Shown: in pieces, positions 19,855 through 30,228 of the stretch | How positions within the stretch are numbered: the first letter of the stretch is position 1 | Layout of the letters: the number at the start of each line of letters is the position of its first letter | NCBI GenBank assembly: GCA_021299855.1 | Contig: JAJTEY010000005.1 | Span: 1 to 63,080, forward strand | Direction of reading: 5' to 3' | DNA: 63,080 nucleotides | Origin: Bacteroidota bacterium | GTDB lineage: Bacteria > Bacteroidota > Bacteroidia > Palsa-965 | Position numbers and translations under genes: made by a program | Notes under the pieces: model-generated | The model's input: only the letters and a program-made list of their open reading frames with translations | What the model was told of the DNA's origin: nothing | The model's database searches: none

Positions 19855-20783
19855 ATTAAAATGCTGCACTTTTTCCGCAGCCATTGCAATGCTGCGTACA
19901 AGGTAAGCGAACCAAAAGTACGCCTGAAAAGTTTTCGTTTCACATCACCGGGAAGCTCACGATTCAACTCGCGGAGTGCAGAAGCGTTCCATCCATCTAT
20001 ATATACAGCTTTAGCTAACTGAAAACCCCATTCAGCGAGAGCCTCCTGTACGTTGATTCTGGGAGTCCATTTTTTGTAGAACAGTATTGCGTTCCTGCGC
20101 ATATGCAACCGATCTTTCTGCATACTGTTTGTATGCAGTCGGATCTTTACCAGATCCTCATTGACGAAATCGAAACTAAAGTTTTGCGCCACACGCAGCC
20201 AATAATCCCAGTCTTCAAAGGCCTTTAACGCTGTATCAAAACCTCCTGTAGCGGACGTACACAAGCGTTTCAATATTACACAACTAGCACTGCCGTTAAC
20301 AGCGTTACCGAGTGTAAGCTTTTCGAATACCTTACCTCGCATATTCGGGTTGAGCGGCAAAACGTACTCGCCCGTAACTGAGGCCCCTTTCTCGTCAATA
20401 AAGCGGAAACCGCCGTACACCAAACCAAGGTCTGACCACTGTGTATTGCTGAACACTTCCAGCTGTCGTTCCAGCTTTTGCGGCATCCACACATCATCAG
20501 CATCAAGAAACGCAATGTACTCTGCATTTGAAAGCGAAATACCTTTGTTTCGTGCAGCACTAAGACCGGCATTTGACTGATAGTGGTGCACGATCTTTGT
20601 ACTGGTTCTGTTCTTTTCTATCAACTCTTGAACCAGTTCGGCCGTATGGTCGGTAGAGCCGTCGTTAACGACAATGATCCGACCGGGAAGAACAGTCTGG
20701 GCCAAAACAGACTCAACAGCCTCCCGGATATAGCAACCCGTGTTGTAACAGGGTATAATAACATCTACTGAAGCAACTGTCAT
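19851..20783 (-). CDS. Glycosyltransferase family 2
   Basis: VIIPCYN, VNDGSTD, NAGLSAARNKG, FLDADD, EDWDYW. Confidence 0.92.
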   Translation of the reverse strand: MTVASVDVIIPCYNTGCYIREAVESVLAQTVLPGRIIVVNDGSTDHTAELVQELIEKNRTSTKIVHHYQSNAGLSAARNKGISLSNAEYIAFLDADDVWMPQKLERQLEVFSNTQWSDLGLVYGGFRFIDEKGASVTGEYVLPLNPNMRGKVFEKLTLGNAVNGSASCVILKRLCTSATGGFDTALKAFEDWDYWLRVAQNFSFDFVNEDLVKIRLHTNSMQKDRLHMRRNAILFYKKWTPRINVQEALAEWGFQLAKAVYIDGWNASALRELNRELPGDVKRKLFRRTFGSLTLYAALQWLRKKCSILI

Positions 20784-20785
20784 AG

Positions 20786-21736
20786 CTAGCGAAGAAGGAA
20801 TTTAAAGATGAGTTTTTCAGCAGGTCGAAGGAGATTATACCAAAATCCTTTATGTGTTGGAGTGATGAGACGGAAGGTATTCTGAAATCGGTCTCTCAAA
20901 TCAGTTTTTATTTCAGAAGCATCTTCTCCCACTACAAATTTATGTGAGAAGCCTTCGAATAAGATTCTTACTTCAGTAGGAGCAAGTTGAGTTCTCCTGA
21001 ATCCACAGTGAGAAAGCGCATTGAGTGCCTGCGATGTTAGCGAGGGAAAATGAAATGCGATATTGATTCTGCGTTGATTAATCTGTCGGATGATGCTGTT
21101 CCCGGTTGTGTGCGACAGTCCCGATTTCAACACACGGTATTTAAGCAGCACTTCCGTCAGATTTGCCACCTTGTAATTCTGTGCGATGGACGACCACATG
21201 CCGTAATCATCAAAGAGATCATTACTGCGGGGAAACTCACCTGCCTTCACAAGACATTCCCTACGGAACATGACCGTTGAACTTACAAAATAATTATCCC
21301 ATAACAACCCATATTGCAAACGCGAATTTGTCGCAGCATGCCGATGCCAGCCAATAGTTTTCCCATCGCTGTCAATGATCTCAGCTGCTGCACCAACCAA
21401 ACCGTAATCCGGATTGCCGTCAAGAAAATCTGCTTCCTTTTGCAAGCGATCCGGCAGAGCAACGTCATCTGCATCGAGCCTGGCCACGTAAGGCGCCTTA
21501 CAGTAATTCAAGGCATGATTCAATGCAGACGAGACTCCCTGATTGGCCTGATGATAGATCTGAATCCGGGGATCTGAGAACTGTTTCAGAATATATCCTG
21601 AATCATCGGTAGATCCATCATTGACGATGATCAGCTCCCAATCCGTTAAAGTCTGTGCAAGAATACTGCTTACAGATTGAAACAACCAATTTCCTGCATT
21701 GTAAACAGGCATTATAACACTTACTTTGGGACTCAT
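20786..21736 (-). CDS. Glycosyltransferase family 2
   Basis: VSVIMPVYN, VNDGSTD, NQGVSSALN, RLDADD. Confidence 0.92.
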   Translation of the reverse strand: MSPKVSVIMPVYNAGNWLFQSVSSILAQTLTDWELIIVNDGSTDDSGYILKQFSDPRIQIYHQANQGVSSALNHALNYCKAPYVARLDADDVALPDRLQKEADFLDGNPDYGLVGAAAEIIDSDGKTIGWHRHAATNSRLQYGLLWDNYFVSSTVMFRRECLVKAGEFPRSNDLFDDYGMWSSIAQNYKVANLTEVLLKYRVLKSGLSHTTGNSIIRQINQRRINIAFHFPSLTSQALNALSHCGFRRTQLAPTEVRILFEGFSHKFVVGEDASEIKTDLRDRFQNTFRLITPTHKGFWYNLLRPAEKLIFKFLLR

Positions 21737-21738
21737 GT

Positions 21739-22476
21739 TTATTTCTTAACGAACCAGAAACATCCACAACCATAGGTTTGTTTGTCAGCAAATTCCTCTG
21801 GCACATTCTCTACAAGACCGCCATCCTTTTCACTGTCAGGAACCAGACTGAACTCCCGCAGTTCAAACCCGGCAAAGGCCTCAAGGATCTGAGAGTAGCT
21901 GTAAATGCGATGTGCATTGAACTGTATTCGGGATCTACCTATCGGAGTAACAAACAATAAAGAGCCGCCCGGCCTTACAACTCTTTTCAGTTCTCCAATG
22001 GCTTTAAGATCTCCATCGTAGTCGATAGGATCACCGTACCGTCCGAGGCCAACATGTTCAACCGTGTGCATACATGAAAGGGACTCCACAGAGTTGGACT
22101 CAAACGGCAGATTATGAAGATCTGCTGCACCGGAACTGAGATCGGAGAGTTCGAGTAATGCCGGTCTGTAATCGTAGAATCGAACCGGAATGAACGCAGA
22201 AAGACCGGCACAAAAGTGAAGACTCGAGGAAATATCAATATGCTCACTCGGTGCGATCTCCTTCACTTTGCGAATGGCCCATGCAACATGATAAACATAA
22301 TGTCTGTCAAATCCTGTGTTGGATGTTGCATCATCCAGGCAAGGAAAAAAATCCTCACTGCGAAGCGAAAAACGGGACCGTGTCTTTGATTCCAAATGAC
22401 GAAGCACTTCGTATTGCTTACGAAATTTCGACTTCTGTCTTGATCGTACGATCAGTCCTCTTATTGCACCGAGCAT
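21739..22476 (-). CDS. SAM-dependent methyltransferase-like protein (DUF268-like)
   Basis: FDRHYVYH.AWA, HIDISS, LPF..SVESLSCMHTVEHVGLGRYGDPID, RVVRPGG, FNAHRIY. Confidence 0.75.
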   Translation of the reverse strand: MLGAIRGLIVRSRQKSKFRKQYEVLRHLESKTRSRFSLRSEDFFPCLDDATSNTGFDRHYVYHVAWAIRKVKEIAPSEHIDISSSLHFCAGLSAFIPVRFYDYRPALLELSDLSSGAADLHNLPFESNSVESLSCMHTVEHVGLGRYGDPIDYDGDLKAIGELKRVVRPGGSLLFVTPIGRSRIQFNAHRIYSYSQILEAFAGFELREFSLVPDSEKDGGLVENVPEEFADKQTYGCGCFWFVKK

Positions 22477-22495
22477 GTCTGGGATTATTGTTTAG

Positions 22496-23737
22496 TTAGC
22501 TGATCTGGCGAATTTGTATAGGGCATTGATTCAGGATCAATCCGCTGCGGTAGTTTATGATTCGATCGTCGGGCTTGGCCTCAGCGGCATCCGATACTTC
22601 AAAGGTTACAACATTATCTTCGTAATGAAAATTGCGTTGCTGTTCAGACAGACCTATGATAAGTTTGTATATTCCGGGAGCCAGCATGATATCATTGAAA
22701 GATACAACAGCATCATATGTTCCGGGCTTCATCGGCTTGGCACTATCCCACACAGTACGAACCGGTTGTTCCATGAGCGTAGAGATCCCCAATCCCAGAA
22801 TAAAATGATCCAGTGGTTTATAGATTGTGAAGTTTACACGTACCTGCCAATGGGTCAAAACAGGTATCTCAGCAACAGGCTTACCTGACACATTCTCTAT
22901 ACCAACAGAATCGATCTTTCCGGGCAAATCAGCACCAGCAGGAGGATCAAATTCAAACACCGCTTGCTCACTGCTATTCTGGTCGAGATATTTTCCGATC
23001 ACATCATCGATGCCACCGCTGGTAACCAGTTTCCCTTTATGAAGGAGAATACCTGTATTACAAAGCTTTTGAACCGCATCCATATTATGACTCACAAACA
23101 AAATTGTTCTCCCCTCACCAGCCACTTCTTTCATGCGACCCAAACATTTTTTCTGAAACGTTGCATCACCCACCGCCAGCACTTCATCCACAATTAAAAT
23201 TTCGGGTTCTAAATGTGCAGCCACTGCGAAAGCCAATCGTACATACATGCCGGATGAATAGCGTTTCACCGGTGTATCCAGAAAACGTTCCACCTCAGCA
23301 AAGGCAACAATTTCATCAAACTTCTTTTTGATTTCATCGCGGGACATACCGAGAATAGAGCCATTCAGAAAAATATTTTCACGTCCTGAAAGCTCCGGGT
23401 GAAACCCTGTTCCAACTTCCAGCAAACTGGCCACACGACCATCGAGCACAATTCTACCTTTTGTTGGAGCAACAATTCTACTCAACACTTTCAACAAGGT
23501 CGATTTCCCCGCACCGTTTCTGCCTACTATGCCAACTCGATCACCTTGTGCAATGGAAAAGCTGATATCATCTAACGCGAGAAAAGTTTCTTTCGTTTGA
23601 TTGCTCAATTGACCTTTCGCCAAAGCTTTTACACGATCTGCCAAAGTATCACGCAACGTACTGTACGAACTTGCCTTTTGATGGCGCAGCTCATATTGCT
23701 TGGTTAAATGTTGGACGTCGATTACGATATTGGACAT
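22496..23737 (-). CDS. wzt: Polysaccharide ABC exporter ATP-binding subunit with C-terminal carbohydrate-binding domain
   Basis: Walker A GRNGAGKST, YSSGMYVRLAF, ILIVDEVLAVGD, FVSH; beta-rich C-terminal extension (LAPGIY). Confidence 0.92.
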   Translation of the reverse strand: MSNIVIDVQHLTKQYELRHQKASSYSTLRDTLADRVKALAKGQLSNQTKETFLALDDISFSIAQGDRVGIVGRNGAGKSTLLKVLSRIVAPTKGRIVLDGRVASLLEVGTGFHPELSGRENIFLNGSILGMSRDEIKKKFDEIVAFAEVERFLDTPVKRYSSGMYVRLAFAVAAHLEPEILIVDEVLAVGDATFQKKCLGRMKEVAGEGRTILFVSHNMDAVQKLCNTGILLHKGKLVTSGGIDDVIGKYLDQNSSEQAVFEFDPPAGADLPGKIDSVGIENVSGKPVAEIPVLTHWQVRVNFTIYKPLDHFILGLGISTLMEQPVRTVWDSAKPMKPGTYDAVVSFNDIMLAPGIYKLIIGLSEQQRNFHYEDNVVTFEVSDAAEAKPDDRIINYRSGLILNQCPIQIRQIS

Positions 23738-23740
23738 GAA

Positions 23741-24577
23741 CTATATTTGATCAGCAAACGATTTTTCCGTATTTCTAAAATACGTGATTCCTACCACGAT
23801 TGCGACAAGTGAAACCGCACTGGAAATCAGAAAATATTTCAATTCCACACCAAATGTTCCGCCTAACAAACACCAGCGAAACCCTTCAATTACTGCCACC
23901 ATCGGATTTAACGAATACAAGTATTTAACTGCTTCATGCAACTCAGGACGATTGTAAATATCACTGCTGCTAAACGCAATAGGCGACACAAATAATCCCA
24001 ACTGAACAACAAACGGCAACGCGTATCTGAAGTCACGATACTTTACATTTAGTGCTCCGAAGAACAATCCGAAACCTAAGGCACCAATTACAGTGAGCAG
24101 TATAAATAACGGTAAGAGTGAAATAGTCCAAGTTGGCGTATGACCAATATAAAGCATTAATCCCGCAAGAATAAGAAGTGAAAGTGCGAAGTCGAGCAAG
24201 CACACCAAAACAGTACTTAACGGGATAATAATACGTGGAAAATACACTTTGGTGATGAGATTCGTATTAGATACTAACGAATTGCTGGAATCGTTCAACG
24301 CTGCGGAAAATAGTTGCCATGGAATAGTTGCTGCCGTTACCAGCAAAATACGGGACATTCCGTTTGTGTCAGTTCCGTAAATAGAACCCAAAAAAGTAAA
24401 CACAACTATGGTTAGCAAAGGGCGGATTAATGCCCAGGCAACACCAATAACAGTTTGTTTGTAACGAACGGTGACATCGCGCCAAGCCAAAAAGTAAAGA
24501 AGTCCCTTAAACGTGAAGAGATCCTTCCAGTAGTTTCCGCCTGCCTTTTCGGCTTCAATGACAATGCGATTCCCCAT
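23741..24577 (-). CDS. wzm: Polysaccharide ABC exporter permease
   Basis: WRDVTVRYKQTVIGVAW, LITKVYFPR, LNVKYRDFRY, LNPM, EKSFAD. Start could be the GTG at 24601. Confidence 0.92.
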   Translation of the reverse strand: MGNRIVIEAEKAGGNYWKDLFTFKGLLYFLAWRDVTVRYKQTVIGVAWALIRPLLTIVVFTFLGSIYGTDTNGMSRILLVTAATIPWQLFSAALNDSSNSLVSNTNLITKVYFPRIIIPLSTVLVCLLDFALSLLILAGLMLYIGHTPTWTISLLPLFILLTVIGALGFGLFFGALNVKYRDFRYALPFVVQLGLFVSPIAFSSSDIYNRPELHEAVKYLYSLNPMVAVIEGFRWCLLGGTFGVELKYFLISSAVSLVAIVVGITYFRNTEKSFADQI

Positions 24578-24653
24578 GAGGTGAGCATTACTTCTGAGCA
24601 CTATAAAAATAATTCAGGGAAACGACTTTTAAGTTCGCCTCCCTGTAATACGA

Positions 24654-26198
24654 TTACTTCGCAACGCTTATTGAACGTGTTTCACGGATCACGGTAACTT
24701 TTACTTGTCCCGGATACGTCATTTCGTTCTGAATTTTACTTGCAATATCCAACGATAACGTTTCTGCGTCTTTATCGGAAACTTTTTCCGATGCAACGAT
24801 TACGCGCAACTCACGACCGGCCTGAATAGCATATGTTTTATCTACACCGGGATACGATAACGCCAACGATTCCAGATCTTTCAAACGCTTGATGTATTGC
24901 TCCACCACTTCACGACGCGCGCCGGGACGTGCACCTGAGATAGCATCACATACTTGAACGATTGGCGAAATCAATGAAGTCATTTCAATTTCATCGTGGT
25001 GCGCACCGATGGCATTGCATACCTCAGGCTTTTCCTTGAACTTCTCGGCCAATTTCATACCCAGAATGGCGTGTGGCAATTCCGGTTCATCATCCGGCAC
25101 TTTCCCGATATCGTGCAACAATCCGGCACGCTTGGCAACCTTTGGATTTAAGCCCAATTCAGATGCCATTATCGCACAAAGATTCGCTACTTCACGTGAG
25201 TGTTGCAACAAATTCTGCCCGTACGATGAGCGGTATTTCATACGTCCAACCATTCGGATCAATTCAGGATGCAAACCGTGAATACCTAAGTCAATTGCTG
25301 TGCGTTTACCGGTTTCAATAATTTCTTCTTCCACCTGACGCTTCACCTTTTCTACCACTTCTTCAATGCGAGCAGGGTGAATACGACCGTCAGAAACCAA
25401 TTGGTGCAATGACAAACGAGCAATTTCGCGGCGAACAGGATCAAATCCTGACAGAATGATCGCTTCCGGCGTATCGTCAACAATAATCTCGATACCGGTT
25501 GCAGCTTCTAACGCCCGAATGTTACGCCCTTCGCGACCGATAATTCGGCCTTTCATTTCATCACCTTCAATGTGGAATACAGAAACCGAGTTTTCTACTG
25601 CATGTTCTGTTGCCACACGCTGAATCGTTTGGATCACGATACGCTTTGCTTCTTTATTAGCAGAAATTTTCGCCTCGTCCATAATGTCTTTCACATACGA
25701 CATGGCGTCCGTGCGGGCAATAGCTTTCAACGATTCCATCAATTGAGCCTTTGCATCTTCCGCAGAAATACCGGAAATAGTTTCCAGTTGTTCCACTTGC
25801 TTGCGATGCAATTTCTCTACTTCCTCTTCTTTACCTTTTACCAAATCCAACTGGTGTTCTAAGTCTTTACGACGCTTTTCCAACTCGTTTTCTTTACGCT
25901 TGGTCTCTTCCAGTTTTTGATTTACGGATTGCTCTTTCTGTTTGATTCGGTTTTCTGCTTGCGTAATTTGATTGTTGCGTTCCTGAACCGTCTTTTCGTG
26001 TTCTTGCTTCAGTTGCAGAAACTTTTCTTTGGCCTGCAACAACTTCTCTTTCTTGATGGTTTCTCCATCAATTTCCGCCTGTTTCAATTTATCCTGTGCC
26101 TTTCGCTCAATAGCGCTTCGCAATACCGAAGCCACCACCACAGCACCGGCCAAAACACCGGCAACACCGGCTATAATGGCTATTACAATTGGGGACAT
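24654..26198 (-). CDS. rny: Ribonuclease Y
   Basis: TM anchor, coiled coil, KH domain [16 protein letters not shown] domain QHSREV...[19 protein letters not shown]. Confidence 0.97.
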   Translation of the reverse strand: MSPIVIAIIAGVAGVLAGAVVVASVLRSAIERKAQDKLKQAEIDGETIKKEKLLQAKEKFLQLKQEHEKTVQERNNQITQAENRIKQKEQSVNQKLEETKRKENELEKRRKDLEHQLDLVKGKEEEVEKLHRKQVEQLETISGISAEDAKAQLMESLKAIARTDAMSYVKDIMDEAKISANKEAKRIVIQTIQRVATEHAVENSVSVFHIEGDEMKGRIIGREGRNIRALEAATGIEIIVDDTPEAIILSGFDPVRREIARLSLHQLVSDGRIHPARIEEVVEKVKRQVEEEIIETGKRTAIDLGIHGLHPELIRMVGRMKYRSSYGQNLLQHSREVANLCAIMASELGLNPKVAKRAGLLHDIGKVPDDEPELPHAILGMKLAEKFKEKPEVCNAIGAHHDEIEMTSLISPIVQVCDAISGARPGARREVVEQYIKRLKDLESLALSYPGVDKTYAIQAGRELRVIVASEKVSDKDAETLSLDIASKIQNEMTYPGQVKVTVIRETRSISVAK

Positions 26199-26302
26199 AA
26201 GTCAGTTTTTATTAGTTAAACAAATCTCTTGTTTCGCAACCAAATAACTGCGCTTACTGCGGAAAAATCATGAACAGGAAAATGTATATAAACTGATATA
26301 CA

Positions 26303-26602
26303 CTAATTGGAAGAAGCGGAAATCCCCTGATCTAAAAGTTGGTTCAGATACAATAAGTCCTGCGCCAGTTGCTGCTCTTGAGAAGCACTTTTGTTTTGGG
26401 ATTCCAGGTACATGGTTGCAAATTGCAATGCCGCCATTGCCAACAAGTCTTGCTTATCACGCACGGAATAGCGCGCTTCCAGCTGAGCCACACGATCATT
26501 AATGCGCTTTGCTGCGTCATTAACGAACGATTCTTCGTGATCCTCCACGGTTAGTGGATAGGTTCTGCCTGCAACTTGTATTTTGACGGACTTTGCGCCC
26601 AT
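26303..26602 (-). CDS. zapA: Cell division protein ZapA
   Basis: IQVAGRTYPL, AAKRIN, Y.VRDKQDLLAMAAL; usual position upstream of rny. Confidence 0.9.
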   Translation of the reverse strand: MGAKSVKIQVAGRTYPLTVEDHEESFVNDAAKRINDRVAQLEARYSVRDKQDLLAMAALQFATMYLESQNKSASQEQQLAQDLLYLNQLLDQGISASSN

Positions 26603-26627
26603 TTTACCAATTTTAGTTCGTTCTCCT

Positions 26628-26918
26628 CTACCTGTTCAGCTGTGCGATACAATGATCGATTTCCCGCACCAGCTCATTTATCTTGAGTTTTAAAGCAAGA
26701 TTCTTTTCATCCGTGTCGGCTACCGTTTTTGCAACTGCCATAGCTTTTAACCTATGATTTAGCCGTTCGTTGTCGGTTTCCAACACTGCAATACGTTCTT
26801 TCAATTCGGTCACCTGCGCTAAAAGGCGACCATTCTCAGCGCGTAATGCTTCCTGCAAAGCTACTAATTTTTGAGCTTTGTCCCTGAGTTGCAGAATAAT
26901 AGAAGCACTAGTTTCCAT
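26628..26918 (-). CDS. Coiled-coil protein upstream of zapA (ZapB-like, conserved in Bacteroidota)
   Basis: Heptad-rich, ends KINELVREIDHCIAQLN; start set at METSAS, below a TACATTTG -7 element (26953-26960). Confidence 0.8.
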   Translation of the reverse strand: METSASIILQLRDKAQKLVALQEALRAENGRLLAQVTELKERIAVLETDNERLNHRLKAMAVAKTVADTDEKNLALKLKINELVREIDHCIAQLNR

Positions 26919-27015
26919 AAACGATCGCAGCACCCTGAATTTCAGAGTACAACAAATGTAAGCATTGCACCAAATTACTTTACAATTCTGGTATGTATCT
27001 TGCGGAAGATAAATT

Positions 27016-28728
27016 ATGAAACAAAACATTTTTGTCGGGCTGATGATGCTAGTGAACTTGATGGTGTCTGCACAAGCGGATTCACTGTATCCATCAGGCT
27101 ACTTTAAACTTCCGATGGATATTCCGGCAAAGATTTCAGGAAACTTTGGGGAATTGCGTCCAAATCATTTTCATGCCGGGCTTGATTTTACTACTTCCGG
27201 CAAAGAAGGTTATCCGGTAAAAGCATCGGCAGACGGATATGTTTCCAGAATCAAAATTAGCCCTTGGGGTTACGGCAAAGTCGTGTATGTGACTCATCCC
27301 AATGGTTATGTCACGGTTTATGCGCACTTGCAAAAGTTTTCCGGTGCTTTAGCCACCTATGTAAGCAAGCAACAAGCGTTGAAAGAATCATTTGAAGTGG
27401 AAGTTTTTCCACTGCCCGAAGAACTTGTGGTAAAACAAGGACAAACACTGGGATTATCAGGAAATACTGGAAGTTCAGGTGGGCCGCATTTACACTTCGA
27501 AATCCGGGACGCTAAAACGGAAGAAGCCATTAACCCTCAACTTTTCGGACTTCCGGTTGCTGATGCTGTGGCACCAACTGCAGTTGGCTTGGCGGTTTAT
27601 CCTTTGAATCCGCAATCTTGCGTAAATGGCAAATCGACTGTGCAGCGATTCGATTTGGTAAAAACAGCCGGGGGATACAGTATTGCCGGGAAAGATAGTT
27701 TGGTGGTTTATGGAAATGTAGGATTTGCAATAGAAGCCTTTGACACAGAAACACAAGCACACGGAAAAAATGGTGTATTCGAAGTGATTTTGAATCATAA
27801 TGGCAAAGCAATTTATCAGCACCGAATGGACAGAATTGCATTCGAAAAATCACGCTACATCAATTGCTTTGTAGATTATTCCACGAAACAATCTACCGGC
27901 AAATACTACATGCGTTCGTGGAAATATCCCAATAATGAATTGAATTATGTGATGACTCCTGGACCTGAAGGAACCTTGTTTACTTCAACCGGCAAACACA
28001 CCTTACGTTATTTATTGCGAGACGTAAAGGGCAACACGACAAAAGTTGATTTTACGGTTTACAGTAAAAATTCACCGTGCACAAGCACCGCTGCTTACAA
28101 GCCTGTTGAACAGGTCGCAGTGTGGCAACAAGAAAATGTATTTGAAGAACCGGGACGTTTTCGGTTTGTAATACCGGCAAAGGCGCTATACCAAAACGAG
28201 TATTTTACCTATAAAACTTCGAAATCTACTTTTGGATTTTCAGTTACGCTGGGCGACGAAAAAATTCCGGCACAACTTCCATGCTCGTTGCATATTAATG
28301 CTCATGTGCCAACAACTTGGCAAAATAAATTGCTGGTTGTAAAAACTGATACAAAAGGTAAAGTAACTGCGGTTGGTGGTACTTGGAACACAGATGGTGT
28401 TTCAACTACAGTTAAGGAATTGGGAACTTACAAGATATCGATAGATACAATTGCTCCGAAAATTACACCGATGAACTTCGATCTCAACGGCAATACGCAA
28501 ACTGTGTTATCAATAACAGAAATGAAATTCAGAATCGGAGACAACCTCTCGGGAATTCAAAGCTATCGTTGTGAGATCAACGGTAAATGGGTGCTTGCTG
28601 AATACGAGCCTAAATTGAATCAATTATCAGTAAATGTATCTTCCCTGAATGGTGATCTACAACTGAAATTGATAGTTACCGACAAGTGCGGTAACGCAAT
28701 CAGCTACGAAAAATCATTCCGACGTTAA
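27016..28728 (+). CDS. M23 family metallopeptidase, secreted
   Basis: Signal peptide; FGELRPNHFHAGLD (HxxxD), YAHL, SGNTGSSGGPHLHFEIRD (HxH); C-terminal DNLSGI..Y..INGKW. Confidence 0.92.
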   Translation: MKQNIFVGLMMLVNLMVSAQADSLYPSGYFKLPMDIPAKISGNFGELRPNHFHAGLDFTTSGKEGYPVKASADGYVSRIKISPWGYGKVVYVTHPNGYVTVYAHLQKFSGALATYVSKQQALKESFEVEVFPLPEELVVKQGQTLGLSGNTGSSGGPHLHFEIRDAKTEEAINPQLFGLPVADAVAPTAVGLAVYPLNPQSCVNGKSTVQRFDLVKTAGGYSIAGKDSLVVYGNVGFAIEAFDTETQAHGKNGVFEVILNHNGKAIYQHRMDRIAFEKSRYINCFVDYSTKQSTGKYYMRSWKYPNNELNYVMTPGPEGTLFTSTGKHTLRYLLRDVKGNTTKVDFTVYSKNSPCTSTAAYKPVEQVAVWQQENVFEEPGRFRFVIPAKALYQNEYFTYKTSKSTFGFSVTLGDEKIPAQLPCSLHINAHVPTTWQNKLLVVKTDTKGKVTAVGGTWNTDGVSTTVKELGTYKISIDTIAPKITPMNFDLNGNTQTVLSITEMKFRIGDNLSGIQSYRCEINGKWVLAEYEPKLNQLSVNVSSLNGDLQLKLIVTDKCGNAISYEKSFRR

Positions 28729-29005
28729 ATTATTGGAGGAACTGAATTCATGCATCGGCATACCCTAACCGTATTATTTCAACGATCTTAATCACATCTT
28801 CTTGTATTGCCGGATGCGCGCTGGTTAAATGCGTGAATGCTCTATTACTATTAATAGCGCGTTGAACTTTGGGGTAGTTGTTCGCTACTGGTTCTTATGC
28901 CTGCAAAAATTGATGGATTTACAATTATTGACGTAGTTAGAGTTTCAGATCAAACTGTTCTACTCTTAAAAAGTTTCAGCAATTAAACAATTTAGATCAA
29001 ATCAC

Positions 29006-30088
29006 TCAATTTCTAACAAATCGGGACGTCGCTAATATTTGATTGTTTCGGATTAACTGGAGGAAATAAACGCCACCTGCTAATTGACTGCAATCGATTG
29101 CAACAATGTTATTCGACAGATTTGAATTATTCTGCTGTAATAACACTCGTCCTGTAACATCAACAACACGAACTACAGTTTCAGAGCCGGAAGGAATGTT
29201 TGCTGAGACAAACAACGTGTTTGAAGTAGGATTAGGGAAAACTGTAAGCGATGCATTGCTGCGCTGAGGATCAAGGATACCAACTTGAAAAACATTATCA
29301 CGCATGGAATCGCGGTACGTAACGGAATTAACAATTTCCGTATTTCCCGTTACAGTTGCATCAACTTGCAAATAAGGAACACCGCCGCCATTCACCAGCC
29401 ATTTATATTCTACTGTTGTAGGCCGATTGAAAATAAATGAGTTGTTTCCCGTTGAATCTAACGATATTGAATCGCGCGCTTCAACAACAGAACGTACACG
29501 CAAACTTTGAAAAGTCCCGAATGGTGTTATTAGTGTTCCCCAGCCGTCAACCGTGTTTACACGTGTTCTCCATTCCTTCAAATAAAAAGTTCCCGGTATT
29601 CCGAACGAGAATTCAGAATTTGAAGTGTCAATGTCATTGTTATTGAGCGGAAAATCATACACATGATCTGATGCGGAATATAATATCGGGACAGAGAAAT
29701 TGCCTAATGGTGCATATTCAAATGAACTTCCCACCTGACGATAACTGGATGAACTGTTTTTAAAATAATCGGTGAAATTGCTGGGGATTACACCCAAAAA
29801 CGGAATACTATCCGGAGTTGGATTCAACAATCCGTAAGTTGCCAAAAAATTAAACGGTATCGCTGTAGGTGCGTTGAACTTATATAACTCCTGAGCAACG
29901 GGGGTTAATGCCGAGAAATCCCACAGGTAATTTGTTCCGGACAACGTGTGATCGACGTTAGCGGTTCCCTGTGCGATACTGACACGCAATGTGTCACCAA
30001 CGGAAGGCATATCAGATGATGTAATTGTAATTTGTGCGTGGGTTCCAAGAAAGATAACCAGCGCTACAACAGTGCAAAGATGACGCAT
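29006..30088 (-). CDS. Secreted protein with T9SS type A C-terminal sorting domain
   Basis: Signal peptide ending THA-QITIT; WDFS, DGWGTLITPFGTF; CTD VFPNPTS...DVTGR...GVYFLQL...RFVRN. Confidence 0.85.
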   Translation of the reverse strand: MRHLCTVVALVIFLGTHAQITITSSDMPSVGDTLRVSIAQGTANVDHTLSGTNYLWDFSALTPVAQELYKFNAPTAIPFNFLATYGLLNPTPDSIPFLGVIPSNFTDYFKNSSSSYRQVGSSFEYAPLGNFSVPILYSASDHVYDFPLNNNDIDTSNSEFSFGIPGTFYLKEWRTRVNTVDGWGTLITPFGTFQSLRVRSVVEARDSISLDSTGNNSFIFNRPTTVEYKWLVNGGGVPYLQVDATVTGNTEIVNSVTYRDSMRDNVFQVGILDPQRSNASLTVFPNPTSNTLFVSANIPSGSETVVRVVDVTGRVLLQQNNSNLSNNIVAIDCSQLAGGVYFLQLIRNNQILATSRFVRN

Positions 30089-30228
30089 AGAGGTTGGAAT
30101 ATATGGTAAAGGTACCATTTGTGCTTAAAATCAACGTTCTCAACTGATCTTTTTTCTTGTATCGACACAATAAACAGTGAAAAAATCAGTTGCCCTTTAC
30201 ACAAATTGAGAATTCGTAACTTTACCCG

